Shown here: positions 1 through 9,821 of the stretch, piece by piece
Numbering within the stretch: position 1 is the first letter of the stretch
How the letters are laid out: the number at the start of each line of letters is the position of its first letter
Position numbers and translations under genes: made by a program
Source of the DNA: an uncultured Pseudomonadota bacterium
GTDB taxonomy: Bacteria > Pseudomonadota > Alphaproteobacteria > JACZXZ01
DNA: 64,000 bases
Direction: 5' to 3'
NCBI GenBank assembly: GCA_963749075.1
Contig: CAVVLJ010000020.1
Coordinates: 512,001-576,000, forward strand
Notes under the pieces: generated by a model
What the model saw: the letters and a program-made list of their open reading frames with translations, nothing else
Told to the model about the DNA's origin: nothing
Databases searched by the model: none

Positions 1-897
1 TCGATCGCCGAGCTCAGCGAGCCCGCGGGCGAGCCGGCTTCGGGCAACGCCGAGCCGCCGCCGGCCATGGCGGTCAACTTCATGGGGCTGACCGGCCCGA
101 GCGGCGTGCTGCCGCAGCACTATACCGACATCCTCATCCAGGTGACGCGGAGCAAGAGCTACGGCTTGCGCGATTTCTTCGACGTCTTCAACCACCGCCT
201 GGTGTCGCTCTTCTACCGCGCCTGGGAGAAGTACCGCCTGCCCGCGGCCTACGAGCATTTCGGCAACGGCGGCAAGGATCCGATCAGCCAGAGCCTCTAT
301 GCCCTCGCCGGCTTCGGAACAGGCCACCTCTGCGGCCGGCTCGAGATCGACGACGAGGCGCTGTTGCACTATTCCGGCTACCTCTCCCACTGGCCGCGCT
401 CGGCGGCGGCACTCGAATCACTCCTCAGCGACTATGCCGGCCGGCCCGTGCAGGTCGAGCAGTTCCACGGCCATTGGCTGTGGCTCACTTTGGACCAGCG
501 CTCGCGGATGCCGAGCAAGGACGAGCCGCAGGGCCGCTTCTGCGAGCTCGGCGTCAACAGCGTGGTGGGCGAGCGCGTATGGGACGTGCAGGGCAGCTTC
601 CGCCTCGCCATCGGGCCGCTCAGCTACGCCCAGTTCGTGCGCTTCATGCCGACCGGCGACGAGCTCCTGCGCCTGGCCCAGCTCACCCGCCTCTACGTCG
701 GCGCGGACCTCTATTTCGACGTGCAGCTCACCCTCGCCAAGGAGGAGATCCCGGCCTGCGAGATGGCCCAAGAGGGCGGCCAAGAGGGCGCTTACGTGCC
801 GCGCCTCGGCTGGAACACCTGGCTCAAGTCGCGTCCCGCCCGCCGCGACAGCTCGGACGCGGTGTTCTCGCTGCAGGGCTGGGTGGTCGCGCGGTGA
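1..897 (+). CDS. tssG: Type VI secretion baseplate subunit TssG (5' end probably outside window)
   Basis: Motifs FMGLTGPSGVLPQHYT, LRDFFDVFNHRLVSLFYRAWEKYR, RVWDVQGSFRLAIGPLSYAQF and RLGWNTWL are typical of TssG/VasB; the frame is open upstream of ATG 67 to the window edge. Confidence 0.9.
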   Translation, partial: SIAELSEPAGEPASGNAEPPPAMAVNFMGLTGPSGVLPQHYTDILIQVTRSKSYGLRDFFDVFNHRLVSLFYRAWEKYRLPAAYEHFGNGGKDPISQSLYALAGFGTGHLCGRLEIDDEALLHYSGYLSHWPRSAAALESLLSDYAGRPVQVEQFHGHWLWLTLDQRSRMPSKDEPQGRFCELGVNSVVGERVWDVQGSFRLAIGPLSYAQFVRFMPTGDELLRLAQLTRLYVGADLYFDVQLTLAKEEIPACEMAQEGGQEGAYVPRLGWNTWLKSRPARRDSSDAVFSLQGWVVAR

Positions 898-952
898 GCC
901 GGCGCTCAGAGGCTGCCGGGAATCAGTTCGTTATCTTCAATGCAAGATCCGT

Positions 953-999
953 CGTCATTCCCGCGAAGCTTGTCCTCGCGAAAGCGGGGGCGGGAATCC
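953..999. repeat. CGTC-type palindromic REP-like repeat
   Basis: cgtcattcccgcgaag...gcgaaagcgggggcgggaatcc hairpin between convergent genes; related to the element at 60967-61082. Confidence 0.7.
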
Positions 1000-1080
1000 G
1001 CTGTCGGTCCGATACCGCGCGTGAAAGCGGGGGCGACGAATAATCGATTCACCACGATCGCGTCATTTCGATCGGGGTGC

Positions 1081-2631
1081 TCAGATGACGCCGAGGCCGC
1101 GCCAGAGCGGCAGGATCTCGGTGAGCAGGACCTGCGCGCGCTCCTCGAGGAGGGCGAGGCTGTCGGCCTCGGACTCGAGCGGCTTGCCGTCCTTGAGAAT
1201 TCGCTCGCCGCGCTCGGCTAGGGTGCGCCAGAGCGCGCGGGCGAGGACGGCGGTGTCCGGTGCCGTGCCGCGCGCGAGCTCGTCGTAGACATGCGCCTCG
1301 ACGCCGCTCACGTGGAGCCCGGTGCCGAGCCGCTCCGCGGCGAGTGCGGTCATGGCGCTGAGCGGGGCTTCGCGCGCGCGCGCCGCCACGACGCGGTTGA
1401 GCGCCTTGGCGGCGGGCGGCGCGGAAGGGCCGGCTCTCGGCACCGGCAGCGCCTGCAGCGAGCCCACCAGCATGCCGGCGAGCTCGACCGCCTGCATCTT
1501 CGAGCGCTCGCGCACCTCGCTCAGCGCCAAGAGCTCGCCGACCGCGCGCGGACGAAGCGCCAACGCATCGAAGATCGGGCCGTAGACCGCCTCCTCGATC
1601 GACGCCGTGGCGCGTCCGGCGGTGAAGCTGAAGCGCGCGCGCGCGCGCGGCACCACGAGCGCCAGCTCGAGCTCGCGCATGAGCGCATCCTGGCGCGCGC
1701 GGCTCAGGCGCCGCGGTCCGCGCACGTAGACGTCCTTGCGCAGCAGGCGTGCCAGGAAGAAGTCCTTGAGCGTCTCCTTAAGGTCGCTCTCCTCGACGGC
1801 GGCCAGGAGCTCGCGCTCCTCCGGCGAGAGGGCGATCTCGGGGAAGTTCTCGAGCACGGCCGAGCTGCCGACGAAGCCGAGCTTGGCCTCGGCGAGCTCG
1901 CGCGCCACGTCGGCGTGATAGAGCGGCCGCCAATGCTCGTTGAGGAGCTCGTGGGCGAGGTAGACGCCGTAGCCGCCTTCCCACTGCTCGAGGATCTGGT
2001 CGAGGAAGGACTGCTCGGCGAAGAAGCGTGCTTTCACGCCGCGCATGCGGCGGGCGAAGCCGAGCGCCTGCTCGAGCCGGCGGTCCGAGCGTCCCTCGGC
2101 GAGTGCCGCCAGCTCGTAGAGCATGCGCTGGATCGGCAGCGCCTGTGTCCAGCCGGGCATGGCGTTGTAGCTCACATAGACCATGCCGCCGGGCTTGAGC
2201 TGCCGGCGGATGAGCTCGACGATGGCGCGCCGGGCCTCGGCGCCGATCCAGCTGTAGATGCCGTGCAGCGTGATCGCGTCGAACTCGGGCAGCGGCGGGC
2301 CCCGCTCCAAGAGCTCCTCGAAGCTGCGCTCGATGAACTGCACATTGCCGAGCCCGCTCGCGGCGGCGAGCTCGCGCGCGCCCGCGATGTGCGCCGGATT
2401 GAAGTCGACGGCATGGAACTCGACCGCGGGGTTGGTTGCCGCGAGCAGGCACGAGGTGAGGCCCTGGCCGCAGCCGAGCTCCAGATAGCGCATGGGGCCC
2501 TGGGGCGCCATGGGCTCGAAGCCGTTGAGGACCGCGATGAAGTCGAGGTGCGCCGGCGCCTGGTCGGGATAGAAGCCGGCGGTGTAGGCGATGTCGGCGA
2601 CATAGCCCTTGTTCCAGCTCGTGGTTGGCAT
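1081..2631 (-). CDS. Class I SAM-dependent methyltransferase with methyltransferase regulatory domain
   Basis: Start MPTTSWNKGYVADIAYTAGFY; SAM motif YLELGCGQG; FDAITLHGIYSWI, VYVSYNAMPGW and YLAHELLNEHWRPLYH are characteristic. True start 2631 lies inside the longer ORF 1081..3225. Confidence 0.85.
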   Translation of the reverse strand: MPTTSWNKGYVADIAYTAGFYPDQAPAHLDFIAVLNGFEPMAPQGPMRYLELGCGQGLTSCLLAATNPAVEFHAVDFNPAHIAGARELAAASGLGNVQFIERSFEELLERGPPLPEFDAITLHGIYSWIGAEARRAIVELIRRQLKPGGMVYVSYNAMPGWTQALPIQRMLYELAALAEGRSDRRLEQALGFARRMRGVKARFFAEQSFLDQILEQWEGGYGVYLAHELLNEHWRPLYHADVARELAEAKLGFVGSSAVLENFPEIALSPEERELLAAVEESDLKETLKDFFLARLLRKDVYVRGPRRLSRARQDALMRELELALVVPRARARFSFTAGRATASIEEAVYGPIFDALALRPRAVGELLALSEVRERSKMQAVELAGMLVGSLQALPVPRAGPSAPPAAKALNRVVAARAREAPLSAMTALAAERLGTGLHVSGVEAHVYDELARGTAPDTAVLARALWRTLAERGERILKDGKPLESEADSLALLEERAQVLLTEILPLWRGLGVI

Positions 2632-2642
2632 CCCGCTGTCCC

Positions 2643-2903
2643 TCACGTGATCGGACGGCCCGGAGCATGCGGGCCGGGCTCGGCGGGCTTGCGGATATCG
2701 AAGACCAGCATGTCCGCCTCCTTCCGTGCCGCGAGCAGCTCCAGCCCCGCATGATGGCAATAATAGGGGAAATCGATCGTCGCTGCCGGGTCGGTCGCGA
2801 GCACGGTCAGCGTCTCGCCCGGCGCCACGCCGGCCATCGCCTTGCGCGTGCGCAGCACGGGCTCGGGACAGAGCAGGCCTCTCGCATCCAGGACTCGCGG
2901 CAT
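2643..2903 (-). CDS. tusA: TusA/SirA family sulfur carrier protein
   Basis: LDARGLLCPEPVLRTRKAM (CPxP motif) and VLATDPAATIDFPYYC; 86 aa. Confidence 0.85.
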   Translation of the reverse strand: MPRVLDARGLLCPEPVLRTRKAMAGVAPGETLTVLATDPAATIDFPYYCHHAGLELLAARKEADMLVFDIRKPAEPGPHAPGRPIT

Positions 2904-3000
2904 GGCGTGGAACCTCGCGCGTGGCGCCGGACTCTACCCCATCGGAGCGCCCGTTGTCGCGCCGCTTGCCAGCGGCGGGGGGCTGCGACATGATGCGGCC

Positions 3001-3378
3001 ATGGCGGTTAAGCTCTTGATCGTTCTCGTCAATACCGATCCGCGCAAGGTCGAGGAGGTGGCCTCGGCCCTCTCGCAGGCGGCGGTCGCGGCGGCCATGG
3101 ATTTCGCGGTCGAGGTGATCTGCACGGCGGCTGGCGCGCGGCTGATGAAGCGCGGCTTCGCCCAAGAGCTGACGCTCAAGCCGGGCGCGCCCAGGACCGT
3201 CTACGACTTGATCAAGGACGCCCACGAGGCGGGGGCCAAGTTCCTCGCCTGCTCGGGCAACCTCGATCTCTTCGCGATGACCGAGGCCGACCTCATTCCC
3301 GAATGCAGCGGCTTCGTGGGCTCCGCCTATCTCATCGGCGAGGCCATGAGCGACGACTGCCGCGTCCTCACCTATTGA
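3001..3378 (+). CDS. DsrE/DsrF family protein
   Basis: MAVKLLIVLVNTDP...AAVAAAMDFAVEVICT...AHEAGAKFLACS...VLTY; about 125 aa DsrE-like fold, divergent from tusA. Confidence 0.75.
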   Translation: MAVKLLIVLVNTDPRKVEEVASALSQAAVAAAMDFAVEVICTAAGARLMKRGFAQELTLKPGAPRTVYDLIKDAHEAGAKFLACSGNLDLFAMTEADLIPECSGFVGSAYLIGEAMSDDCRVLTY

Positions 3379-4532
3379 GGGCGCCTCCCATCTTCAAGGA
3401 TCTTCTCCTCGTCGGCGGCGGGCACAGCCACGTCGAGGTGCTGCGGAGCTTCGGCATGGAGCCGATGCCCGGCGTGCGCGTCACCCTCGTGAGCGGCGGC
3501 GACGCCACGCCCTATTCGGGCATGCTGCCCGGCCTCATCGCCGGGCATTACCGCTTCGAGGAGACCCACATAGCGCTTCCGCCGCTCGTGCGCTTCGCAG
3601 GCGCGCACTTCATCCGCGACGAGGCGGTGGGCCTCGACCCCGATGCGCGGCGGCTCGCCTGCCGCAGCCATGCGCCGCTCGCCTACGACGTGCTGTCGCT
3701 CGACATCGGCTCGACGCCGCACATGGCGGGGGTGCCGGGGGCCGCGGGCAACGTGGTGCCGGTGAAGCCGATCCATGGCTTCCTCGAGCGCTGGCAGGCG
3801 CTCCTCGCGCGCGCGGCCGAGCGCGGCGGTGCGCGCATCGGCATGGTCGGCGCCGGCGCCGGCGGCGTCGAGCTATTGCTCGCGGCGCACCACCGGCTGA
3901 GCCGCCTCGGCGCGCGGCTCGAATGCCATCTCTTCAGCGCTACGCCCGACATCCTTCCCGGCCACAACAGCCGGGTTCGCCGCAAATTCCGCCAGGTGCT
4001 GGCGGCGCGCGGTATCGCCCTGCATGCCGGCCGCGCGGTCGTGGCCGTGGCGCCGGGCTGCCTCAGCCTCGCCGACGGAAGCACCTTCGCACTCGACGAG
4101 ATCCTGTGGGCGACGCAGGCAGGTGCTGCCCCCTGGCTCGAGGAGAGCGGCCTGGCGCTCGACGGAGACGGCTTCGTCGCCGTGAGCGCAGCGCTCGAAT
4201 CCCTCTCCCACAAGGGCGTCTTCGCGGCGGGCGACATCGCCGCGGTGATCGACCATCCACGGCCCAAGGCGGGCGTCTTCGCCGTGCGCCAGGGGAAGCC
4301 CCTCGCGCGCAACCTGCGCGCGGCACTCCTGGGCGAGGAGCCCCGCCCCTTCGTGCCGCAGCGGCATTTCCTCAGCCTGATCTCGACCGGCGACAAATAT
4401 GCCATAGCCTCGCGCGGCCCCTGGGCCTTCTGGGGCCGTGCCGTGTGGCGCTGGAAGGACGCCATCGACCGGCGCTTCATGCGGCGGTATAGCGAGGTGC
4501 CTGAGATGGCCCCTAGAGCGTGTCCCGATTAG
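3375..4532 (+). CDS. FAD-dependent oxidoreductase of the family found N-terminal to selenide,water dikinase SelD (stand-alone, no SelD domain)
   Basis: KDLLLVGGGHSHVEVL, TPYSGMLPGLIAGHY, PRPKAGVFAVRQG and WRWKDAIDRRFM; probable TTG start overlapping the upstream TGA (ttga 3375-3378). Confidence 0.8.
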   Translation: MRAPPIFKDLLLVGGGHSHVEVLRSFGMEPMPGVRVTLVSGGDATPYSGMLPGLIAGHYRFEETHIALPPLVRFAGAHFIRDEAVGLDPDARRLACRSHAPLAYDVLSLDIGSTPHMAGVPGAAGNVVPVKPIHGFLERWQALLARAAERGGARIGMVGAGAGGVELLLAAHHRLSRLGARLECHLFSATPDILPGHNSRVRRKFRQVLAARGIALHAGRAVVAVAPGCLSLADGSTFALDEILWATQAGAAPWLEESGLALDGDGFVAVSAALESLSHKGVFAAGDIAAVIDHPRPKAGVFAVRQGKPLARNLRAALLGEEPRPFVPQRHFLSLISTGDKYAIASRGPWAFWGRAVWRWKDAIDRRFMRRYSEVPEMAPRACPD

Positions 4533-4571
4533 GTGGAACCGCCTCTCCCGTCACCCCCGCGAGAGCGCTAG
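4513..4571. mobile_element. Partial CTAG-ended miniature element (MITE-like)
   Basis: ctagagcgtgtcccgatt... resembles the left end of the 55800-55903 element (ctagagcgtttcccgatc); a second ctag lies at 4568-4571. Confidence 0.5.
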
Positions 4572-4650
4572 GGTATGCAAACAAGACCGAAAATCACTGG
4601 CAAATCGCGGTGTTCCGCAGCGCACAGGCGACTCGGGCCGAGTGCGGCGC

Positions 4651-4764
4651 GTCCTTCGAGACGCTCGCTCTCGCTCGCTCCTCAGGACGAGTCAAAGTCT
4701 TTCTGCCACACACAAATTGACCTCGTCCTGAGGAGCGCCCCGAAAGGGGCGCGTCTCGAAGGAC
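4651..4764. repeat. Inverted doublet of palindromic repeat (TCCTGAGGAG...GTCTCGAAGGA family)
   Basis: gtccttcgagacg...ctcctcaggacgag spacer ctcgtcctgaggagcg...cgtctcgaaggac; same family at 33995-34099. Confidence 0.8.
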
Positions 4765-4851
4765 CCACCGAGACATTAGCGAGGATTGTGGCACCGCCTG
4801 CGCTAAGATGACGCCAACCGGGGCTTGCTCGACGACCGGAGGGAGGCCGTC

Positions 4852-5997
4852 ATGATGCGCAGCAGCGAGCGCTTTCTCACCACCCACACCGGCAGCCTGC
4901 CGCGGCCGGACGATCTCATCCGCATGATGTTCGCCAAGGAGGAGGGCGTTCCCGTCGACAAGGCGGCACTCGCGGCGCGCATCCGCTCGGCGGTCGCGGA
5001 GGTGGTGCAGAAGCAGCGCCAAGCGGGCATCGACATCGTGAACGACGGCGAGATGAGCAAGCCGAGCTACGCCACCTACATCAAGGACCGCCTCGACGGC
5101 TTCGGCGGCAGCAGCCATCCGCTGCAGTATCAAGACCTCGTCGAGTTCCCCGAGCTCGCCCGGCGCGTCTTCGGCGACCCCGGCCGCGCGCGGCGCAAGA
5201 CGCCCGGATGCAACGGCCCCATCCGCGTGAAGGACGGCGAAGCGGCCGGGATCGACGCCGAGAACCTCAAGGCGGCACTCGCAGCGGCCGGCGGCGGCGA
5301 GGGTTTCATGAGCGCCGCCTCGCCGGGCCTCATCTCGCTCTTCTTCCACAACGGCCATTACCCGACCCAGGAGGCCTATCTCCTCGCCATCGCCGACGCC
5401 ATGCGGCCCGAGTACGAGACCGTGGCCAAGGCCGGCTTCATCCTGCAGCTCGACTGCCCCGATCTCGCCATGGGGCGGCACATCCAATACGCCTCGCTCG
5501 GCCTCGAGGAGTTCAAGAAGCGCATGCACCTCCACATCGAGGCGCTCGATCACGCGCTCGCCGGCATCGCACCGGAGCGGCTGCGCATGCATCTCTGCTG
5601 GGGCAACTACGAGGGCCCGCATCACTGCGACGTGCCGCTCGCCGACATCCTCGATATCGTCCTCACAGCACGGCCGAGCGCCGTCTCCTTCGAGGCGGCC
5701 AACCCGCGCCACGCGCACGAGTGGCAGCTCTTCGAGCGCGTCAAGCTGCCGGAGGGCAAGCTCCTCATCCCCGGCGTCATCGAATCGAAGACGAACTTCA
5801 TCGAGCACCCCGAGCTCGTCGCCCAGCGCATCGGGCGCTACGCCAAGCTGGTTGGCCGCGAGAACGTCATCGCCGGGAGCGACTGCGGCTACGGCACCTG
5901 GGTCGGCCAGGCGGCCGTCGATCCCGCGGTGGTGTGGGCCAAGCTCGCCGCCATGGCGGAAGGTGCGCGCCTCGCCTCGCGCGCGTTCTGGCCCTAA
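4852..5997 (+). CDS. Cobalamin-independent methionine synthase II family protein (epoxyalkane:CoM transferase-like)
   Basis: FLTTHTGSLPRP, GIDIVNDGE, Zn ligand motif HLCWGN, AANPRH, GSDCGYG; RBS ggaggg upstream. Confidence 0.85.
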   Translation: MMRSSERFLTTHTGSLPRPDDLIRMMFAKEEGVPVDKAALAARIRSAVAEVVQKQRQAGIDIVNDGEMSKPSYATYIKDRLDGFGGSSHPLQYQDLVEFPELARRVFGDPGRARRKTPGCNGPIRVKDGEAAGIDAENLKAALAAAGGGEGFMSAASPGLISLFFHNGHYPTQEAYLLAIADAMRPEYETVAKAGFILQLDCPDLAMGRHIQYASLGLEEFKKRMHLHIEALDHALAGIAPERLRMHLCWGNYEGPHHCDVPLADILDIVLTARPSAVSFEAANPRHAHEWQLFERVKLPEGKLLIPGVIESKTNFIEHPELVAQRIGRYAKLVGRENVIAGSDCGYGTWVGQAAVDPAVVWAKLAAMAEGARLASRAFWP

Positions 5998-6062
5998 GCC
6001 GCAGGGCCGTGGACACAATTTTCGCCAATACCGGGAGCGGGCCGCGCGCCACGCTTTCGCCC

Positions 6063-6848
6063 ATGAGCGCGCCCGGAGAGGGATCGCGAGCGCCCTTGGC
6101 GGCGCTCGGCGGCAAGGCGGCACTGGTGAGCGGGGCGAGCTCCGGCATCGGGCGCGCCACGGCGCTCGCGCTCGCGCGCGAGGGTGCCGCGGTCTTCCTC
6201 GTCGGCCGCGACCGCGAGCGGGGCGAGGCCGCGGCTAGCACTTGCGCCGAATTTGGTGCACCCGCGTTCTTCTTCGCAGCCGACCTGAGCCGGCCGGGGC
6301 AAGCGGCGGCCATGGTCGAGGCAGCGCTCCAGCGCTTCGGGCGGCTCGACATCGCCTTCAACAACGCAGGGATGCAAGAGCGCCGAGCGCTCCTCGCGGA
6401 GCAGCCCGACGGGGTCTTCGAGCGCGTGGTCGCCACGAACCTGCGCGCCCTCTTCCTCGCGATGAAGGCCGAGATCGCCGCCATGCTGCGCCACGGCGGC
6501 GGCGTCATCGTCAACAACGCCTCGGTTAGCGGCGTGCGCAACCCGAATCCGGGCTTGGCACTCTACGCCGCGTCCAAGGCGGCCGCGATCTCGCTCACGC
6601 GTTCGGCGGCCATGGAATATGCACCGCACGGCATCCGCATCAACGCGGTCTCGCCCGGGCGCGTCGAGACGCCCATGATGCTCGCCTCCGGCATCGACGA
6701 CATGGCGGCCGTAGCTATGGGCTTGCCGCTCCGCCGCATGGGGCGGCCCGAGGAGGTGGCGGCCGCGGTCCTCTGGCTCGCCTCCGACGCGGCGTCCTTC
6801 GTGGTCGGCCATAACCTCGCCGTCGACGGCGGCTTCCTCGCGCAGTGA
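6063..6848 (+). CDS. SDR family oxidoreductase
   Basis: SGASSGIG, FNNAG and YAASK catalytic motif. Confidence 0.9.
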   Translation: MSAPGEGSRAPLAALGGKAALVSGASSGIGRATALALAREGAAVFLVGRDRERGEAAASTCAEFGAPAFFFAADLSRPGQAAAMVEAALQRFGRLDIAFNNAGMQERRALLAEQPDGVFERVVATNLRALFLAMKAEIAAMLRHGGGVIVNNASVSGVRNPNPGLALYAASKAAAISLTRSAAMEYAPHGIRINAVSPGRVETPMMLASGIDDMAAVAMGLPLRRMGRPEEVAAAVLWLASDAASFVVGHNLAVDGGFLAQ

Positions 6849-6939
6849 GCTCCTGCCGCGGCGCCGGAGGTTGACCGCGCGCGCGGCGGTCGGCCAAAGT
6901 CGCTGCCGGCCATGGGCAGAGGAGCGGGGGACGAGGGTC

Positions 6940-7878
6940 ATGACGGCAAAGGCCATTCTCTTCGGCAGCGACTTCGACGATCCGGCACCCTTCCGCGCGG
7001 TCTGCGCCCGCCGCTTCCCCGCCCTCGAATTCCGCGTCTGGCCCGAGGTTGGGCGCCGCGAGGACATCGAGTACGCGCTCATCTGGAAGATCGGCGACGG
7101 CGTTCTCGGCACGCTGCCCAACCTCAAGGCGATCCTGGCACTCGGCGCCGGCGTCGACCAGATCCTCAAGGACCCGGGCTTCCCGCGCGAGGTGCCCCTC
7201 TATCGCCTCATCGACGCCGGTCTCGCGGCGCAGATGAGCGAATATGCCATCCACGGCGTGCTCGAGCTGCACCGGCGCATGGCGGTCTACCGCGCGCAGC
7301 AGGCGAGCCGCACCTGGCACCGGCATCCCCCCATCGATCCCTCGGAGCTACGTGTCGGCATCATGGGCTTGGGCGTGCTCGGCGCCGATCTCGCGCGGAA
7401 GCTCGTCCTCCTCGGCTTCCGCACGCTCGGCTGGAGCCGCACGCCGAAGTCGCTCGAGGGCGTGAGGACGTTCCACGGCAGAGCAGGCCTCGACGAATTC
7501 CTCGCCGCCTCGGAGATCGCGATCGTCCTCCTGCCGCTCACGCCGGAGACGATCGGCATCGTCAACCGCCAGACGCTCGCGCGGCTGCCGCGGGGTGCCG
7601 CCCTCATCAACATCGCGCGGGGACGCCACGTGGTCGAGGCCGATCTCCTCGCCGCACTCGACGCCGGCCACCTGAGCCGCGCCATCCTCGACGTCTTCCA
7701 CGACGAGCCGCTGCCGCCCGCGCATCCCTTCTGGAGCCATCCGCGCGTCAGCTTGACACCCCACATCGCGGCGCAACCCATAGCCGAACTCGCCATGGAG
7801 CAGATCCTCGAGAACCTGCGCCGGCTCGAGGCGGGCGAGCCGCCCTTAGGGCTCGTCGATCCCGCCGTCGGCTATTGA
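6940..7878 (+). CDS. ghrA: Glyoxylate/hydroxypyruvate reductase A-like 2-hydroxyacid dehydrogenase
   Basis: LGAGVD, QMSEYA, GIMGLGVLG, LINIARG, LDVF-EPLP, TPHIAA. Confidence 0.85.
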   Translation: MTAKAILFGSDFDDPAPFRAVCARRFPALEFRVWPEVGRREDIEYALIWKIGDGVLGTLPNLKAILALGAGVDQILKDPGFPREVPLYRLIDAGLAAQMSEYAIHGVLELHRRMAVYRAQQASRTWHRHPPIDPSELRVGIMGLGVLGADLARKLVLLGFRTLGWSRTPKSLEGVRTFHGRAGLDEFLAASEIAIVLLPLTPETIGIVNRQTLARLPRGAALINIARGRHVVEADLLAALDAGHLSRAILDVFHDEPLPPAHPFWSHPRVSLTPHIAAQPIAELAMEQILENLRRLEAGEPPLGLVDPAVGY

Positions 7879-8137
7879 GGGTTGCCGTCGGGAAGGTTCG
7901 CGGGCTCCACCGAAGTGCAGATGCATGAGGAGACGCCGCGGCCGCGCGAGTCGAGGTGCGGCACCGCGAACGAAGATCGAGGGGCGGGCGCTTCGATAGA
8001 GCTCCGACGATGCTGCCGGCTCAGGAAAAGAGAAATATTTTTCGGGATGACAGTCGGAACCGCTGCCGAACTTAGTATTGTAATCGCGCGGCGGCCTATC
8101 ATGCGAATCCCTCCCCTCGACGACTGGCGGTGCAATC

Positions 8138-8833
8138 GTGAGAATAACTCGGCGGGCGCTCATGGCGCCCTGGCTAATGCTGAAGGCGTTGCTCTCGAAT
8201 TCGCTCGCGACGCGCGGCCGTCGCGCGCTCGTGGCCGCGGCGGCCTCGGCCGCAGTGTGCCTGCTCCTTCTCCCGAGTGCCGCCCTGGCGGACGACTTGC
8301 CGGCCGAGGCCGCCGCTTTCGTCTCGGCCGTGGCCGGGCAGGCGATCGGCATTCTCGAGAACAAATCGCTCAGCGAGGACCAGCGCAAGGCGAGCCTCGC
8401 CGACTGGTTCTTCGCCAATTTCGACGTGCGCTCGATGGGACTCTTCGCCCTCGGCGGCTACGCCGGCGGGGCGGCGGACCGCCAAAGGGACGCTTATGTG
8501 CTGGCCTTCAAGGACTACATGATCCGCAATTATTTCTCCCGCATGCGGGCTCTCGGCGACGTATTTTCCGTGGCCGGCGCGTCGCCCGACGGTGCCGATA
8601 CGGCGCTCGTGGAGAGCGGCATCGGCTCGCGCGGCGAGAAGCCGTCGCGGGTGGAGTGGCGCGTCCGCAAGCAGGACGGCGCCCTCAAGGTTTTCGATCT
8701 CATCGTTCAGGGCTCCAGCCTGGAATGGAGCCAGCGCGCCGACTTCGCCTCGGTGCTGCAGCGCAATCGCGGCAACATCGCACAGCTGGTGGACCTCATG
8801 CGGGTGCAGAAGGTCGGCCGCGAGACGCCGTAG
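8138..8833 (+). CDS. MlaC/Ttg2D family phospholipid-binding periplasmic protein (start uncertain)
   Basis: Signal-peptide-like segment, FDVRSMGLFALG, VEWRVRK...KVFDLIVQGSSL...QRADFASVLQ. Confidence 0.75.
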   Translation: MRITRRALMAPWLMLKALLSNSLATRGRRALVAAAASAAVCLLLLPSAALADDLPAEAAAFVSAVAGQAIGILENKSLSEDQRKASLADWFFANFDVRSMGLFALGGYAGGAADRQRDAYVLAFKDYMIRNYFSRMRALGDVFSVAGASPDGADTALVESGIGSRGEKPSRVEWRVRKQDGALKVFDLIVQGSSLEWSQRADFASVLQRNRGNIAQLVDLMRVQKVGRETP

Positions 8834-8941
8834 GGCGGGGTTGCGCCGCCGATCGCGCAAGCCTCCCGCCGGCCATCGAGCGCTTGCCGAGCACCGCGCG
8901 GGCAAAGCTATAATGTCCGCCTCGGCCGAACGGGGAGGCGG

Positions 8942-9811
8942 ATGGGCAAGTTGCTGAGCGCTGCGGAGATCGCCTCATTCGAGTGCTGCGGCTACGTGAG
9001 CGGCGTCCCCATCCTGGCAGCGGATGAGGCCAGACGCCTCGAGGAGCGCGTCGAGGAGTTCGAGCGCACCTATCCCGGCGAGGTGGCCTGGGCCTTCGAC
9101 ATCAAGTGCAACCTTCTGCTCGACTGGGTGGTGGCCGCCGGCACCGGCCAGCGCATGCTCGATGCGGTCGAGGACCTCATCGGAGCCGATATCTTCATGA
9201 CCGACGCGGTCTTCCGCATCAAGGAGCCGGGCTCGGACGTGCTTTACGACTGGCACCAGGATTCGGCGCGCATCCAGGTCGAGCCCTGCTTCATCATCGG
9301 CTATCTCGCGGTCGGCGCCGCGAGCGAGGCGAACGGCTGCCTCCAGGTCATCCCGGGGAGCCACCGCGGGGTGGCACCCTTCCGCGTGGTCGAGAATGCG
9401 CCCGGACAGCCCGCGCGCCGCGTGGCGCGGGTCGAGCATCCCGACGTCGCGCGCGCGGTGCCGCTCGAGCTCGCACCCGGCGAGGCCGCCTTCTTCTCCG
9501 CCAACCTGATGCATGCCTCCGGAGCCAACCGCTCGGCATCCCGCCGCGTGGCGATCCTCTACGATTACACCGCGGCGGCCGCGCGCCAGAGCGTCGGGCG
9601 CGGCTCGGGCCAGCTCGTGCGCGGGCGCGACGAGTGGCATCACCTCGCCCACGAGCCGCTGCCCGGTCCCCAGTTCACGCCGGCCACGGCCGCCATGCGC
9701 CGGCGAATCCTGCGCGCTTATCCCGAGAACCCGCTGATGGGCCCGCGCGAGCCGGGTGCGCCGATCCGCTTTCCCGATGCGACGGAGGGACCCTACGCCG
9801 AGCCGGCGTGA
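8942..9811 (+). CDS. Phytanoyl-CoA dioxygenase family Fe(II)/2-oxoglutarate oxygenase
   Basis: WHQD, NGCLQVIPGSH, HASGANRS..RR motifs. Confidence 0.85.
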   Translation: MGKLLSAAEIASFECCGYVSGVPILAADEARRLEERVEEFERTYPGEVAWAFDIKCNLLLDWVVAAGTGQRMLDAVEDLIGADIFMTDAVFRIKEPGSDVLYDWHQDSARIQVEPCFIIGYLAVGAASEANGCLQVIPGSHRGVAPFRVVENAPGQPARRVARVEHPDVARAVPLELAPGEAAFFSANLMHASGANRSASRRVAILYDYTAAAARQSVGRGSGQLVRGRDEWHHLAHEPLPGPQFTPATAAMRRRILRAYPENPLMGPREPGAPIRFPDATEGPYAEPA

Positions 9812-9821
9812 GCTTCTCGCG

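Noticed and set aside
1081-3225. Single 714-aa protein as in the ORF track
   Set aside because: The first ~200 codons overlap tusA and dsrE; the methyltransferase starts at 2631.
3376-3378. Selenocysteine readthrough of the DsrE TGA given the SelD-related neighbour
   Set aside because: The DsrE domain is complete at the stop, the in-frame continuation is not protein-like, and the next gene is in another frame.
7880-8140. Possible ncRNA or riboswitch in the larger intergenic regions (also 18190-18430 and 44330-44640)
   Set aside because: No recognisable conserved motif; an Rfam/Infernal search would be needed.
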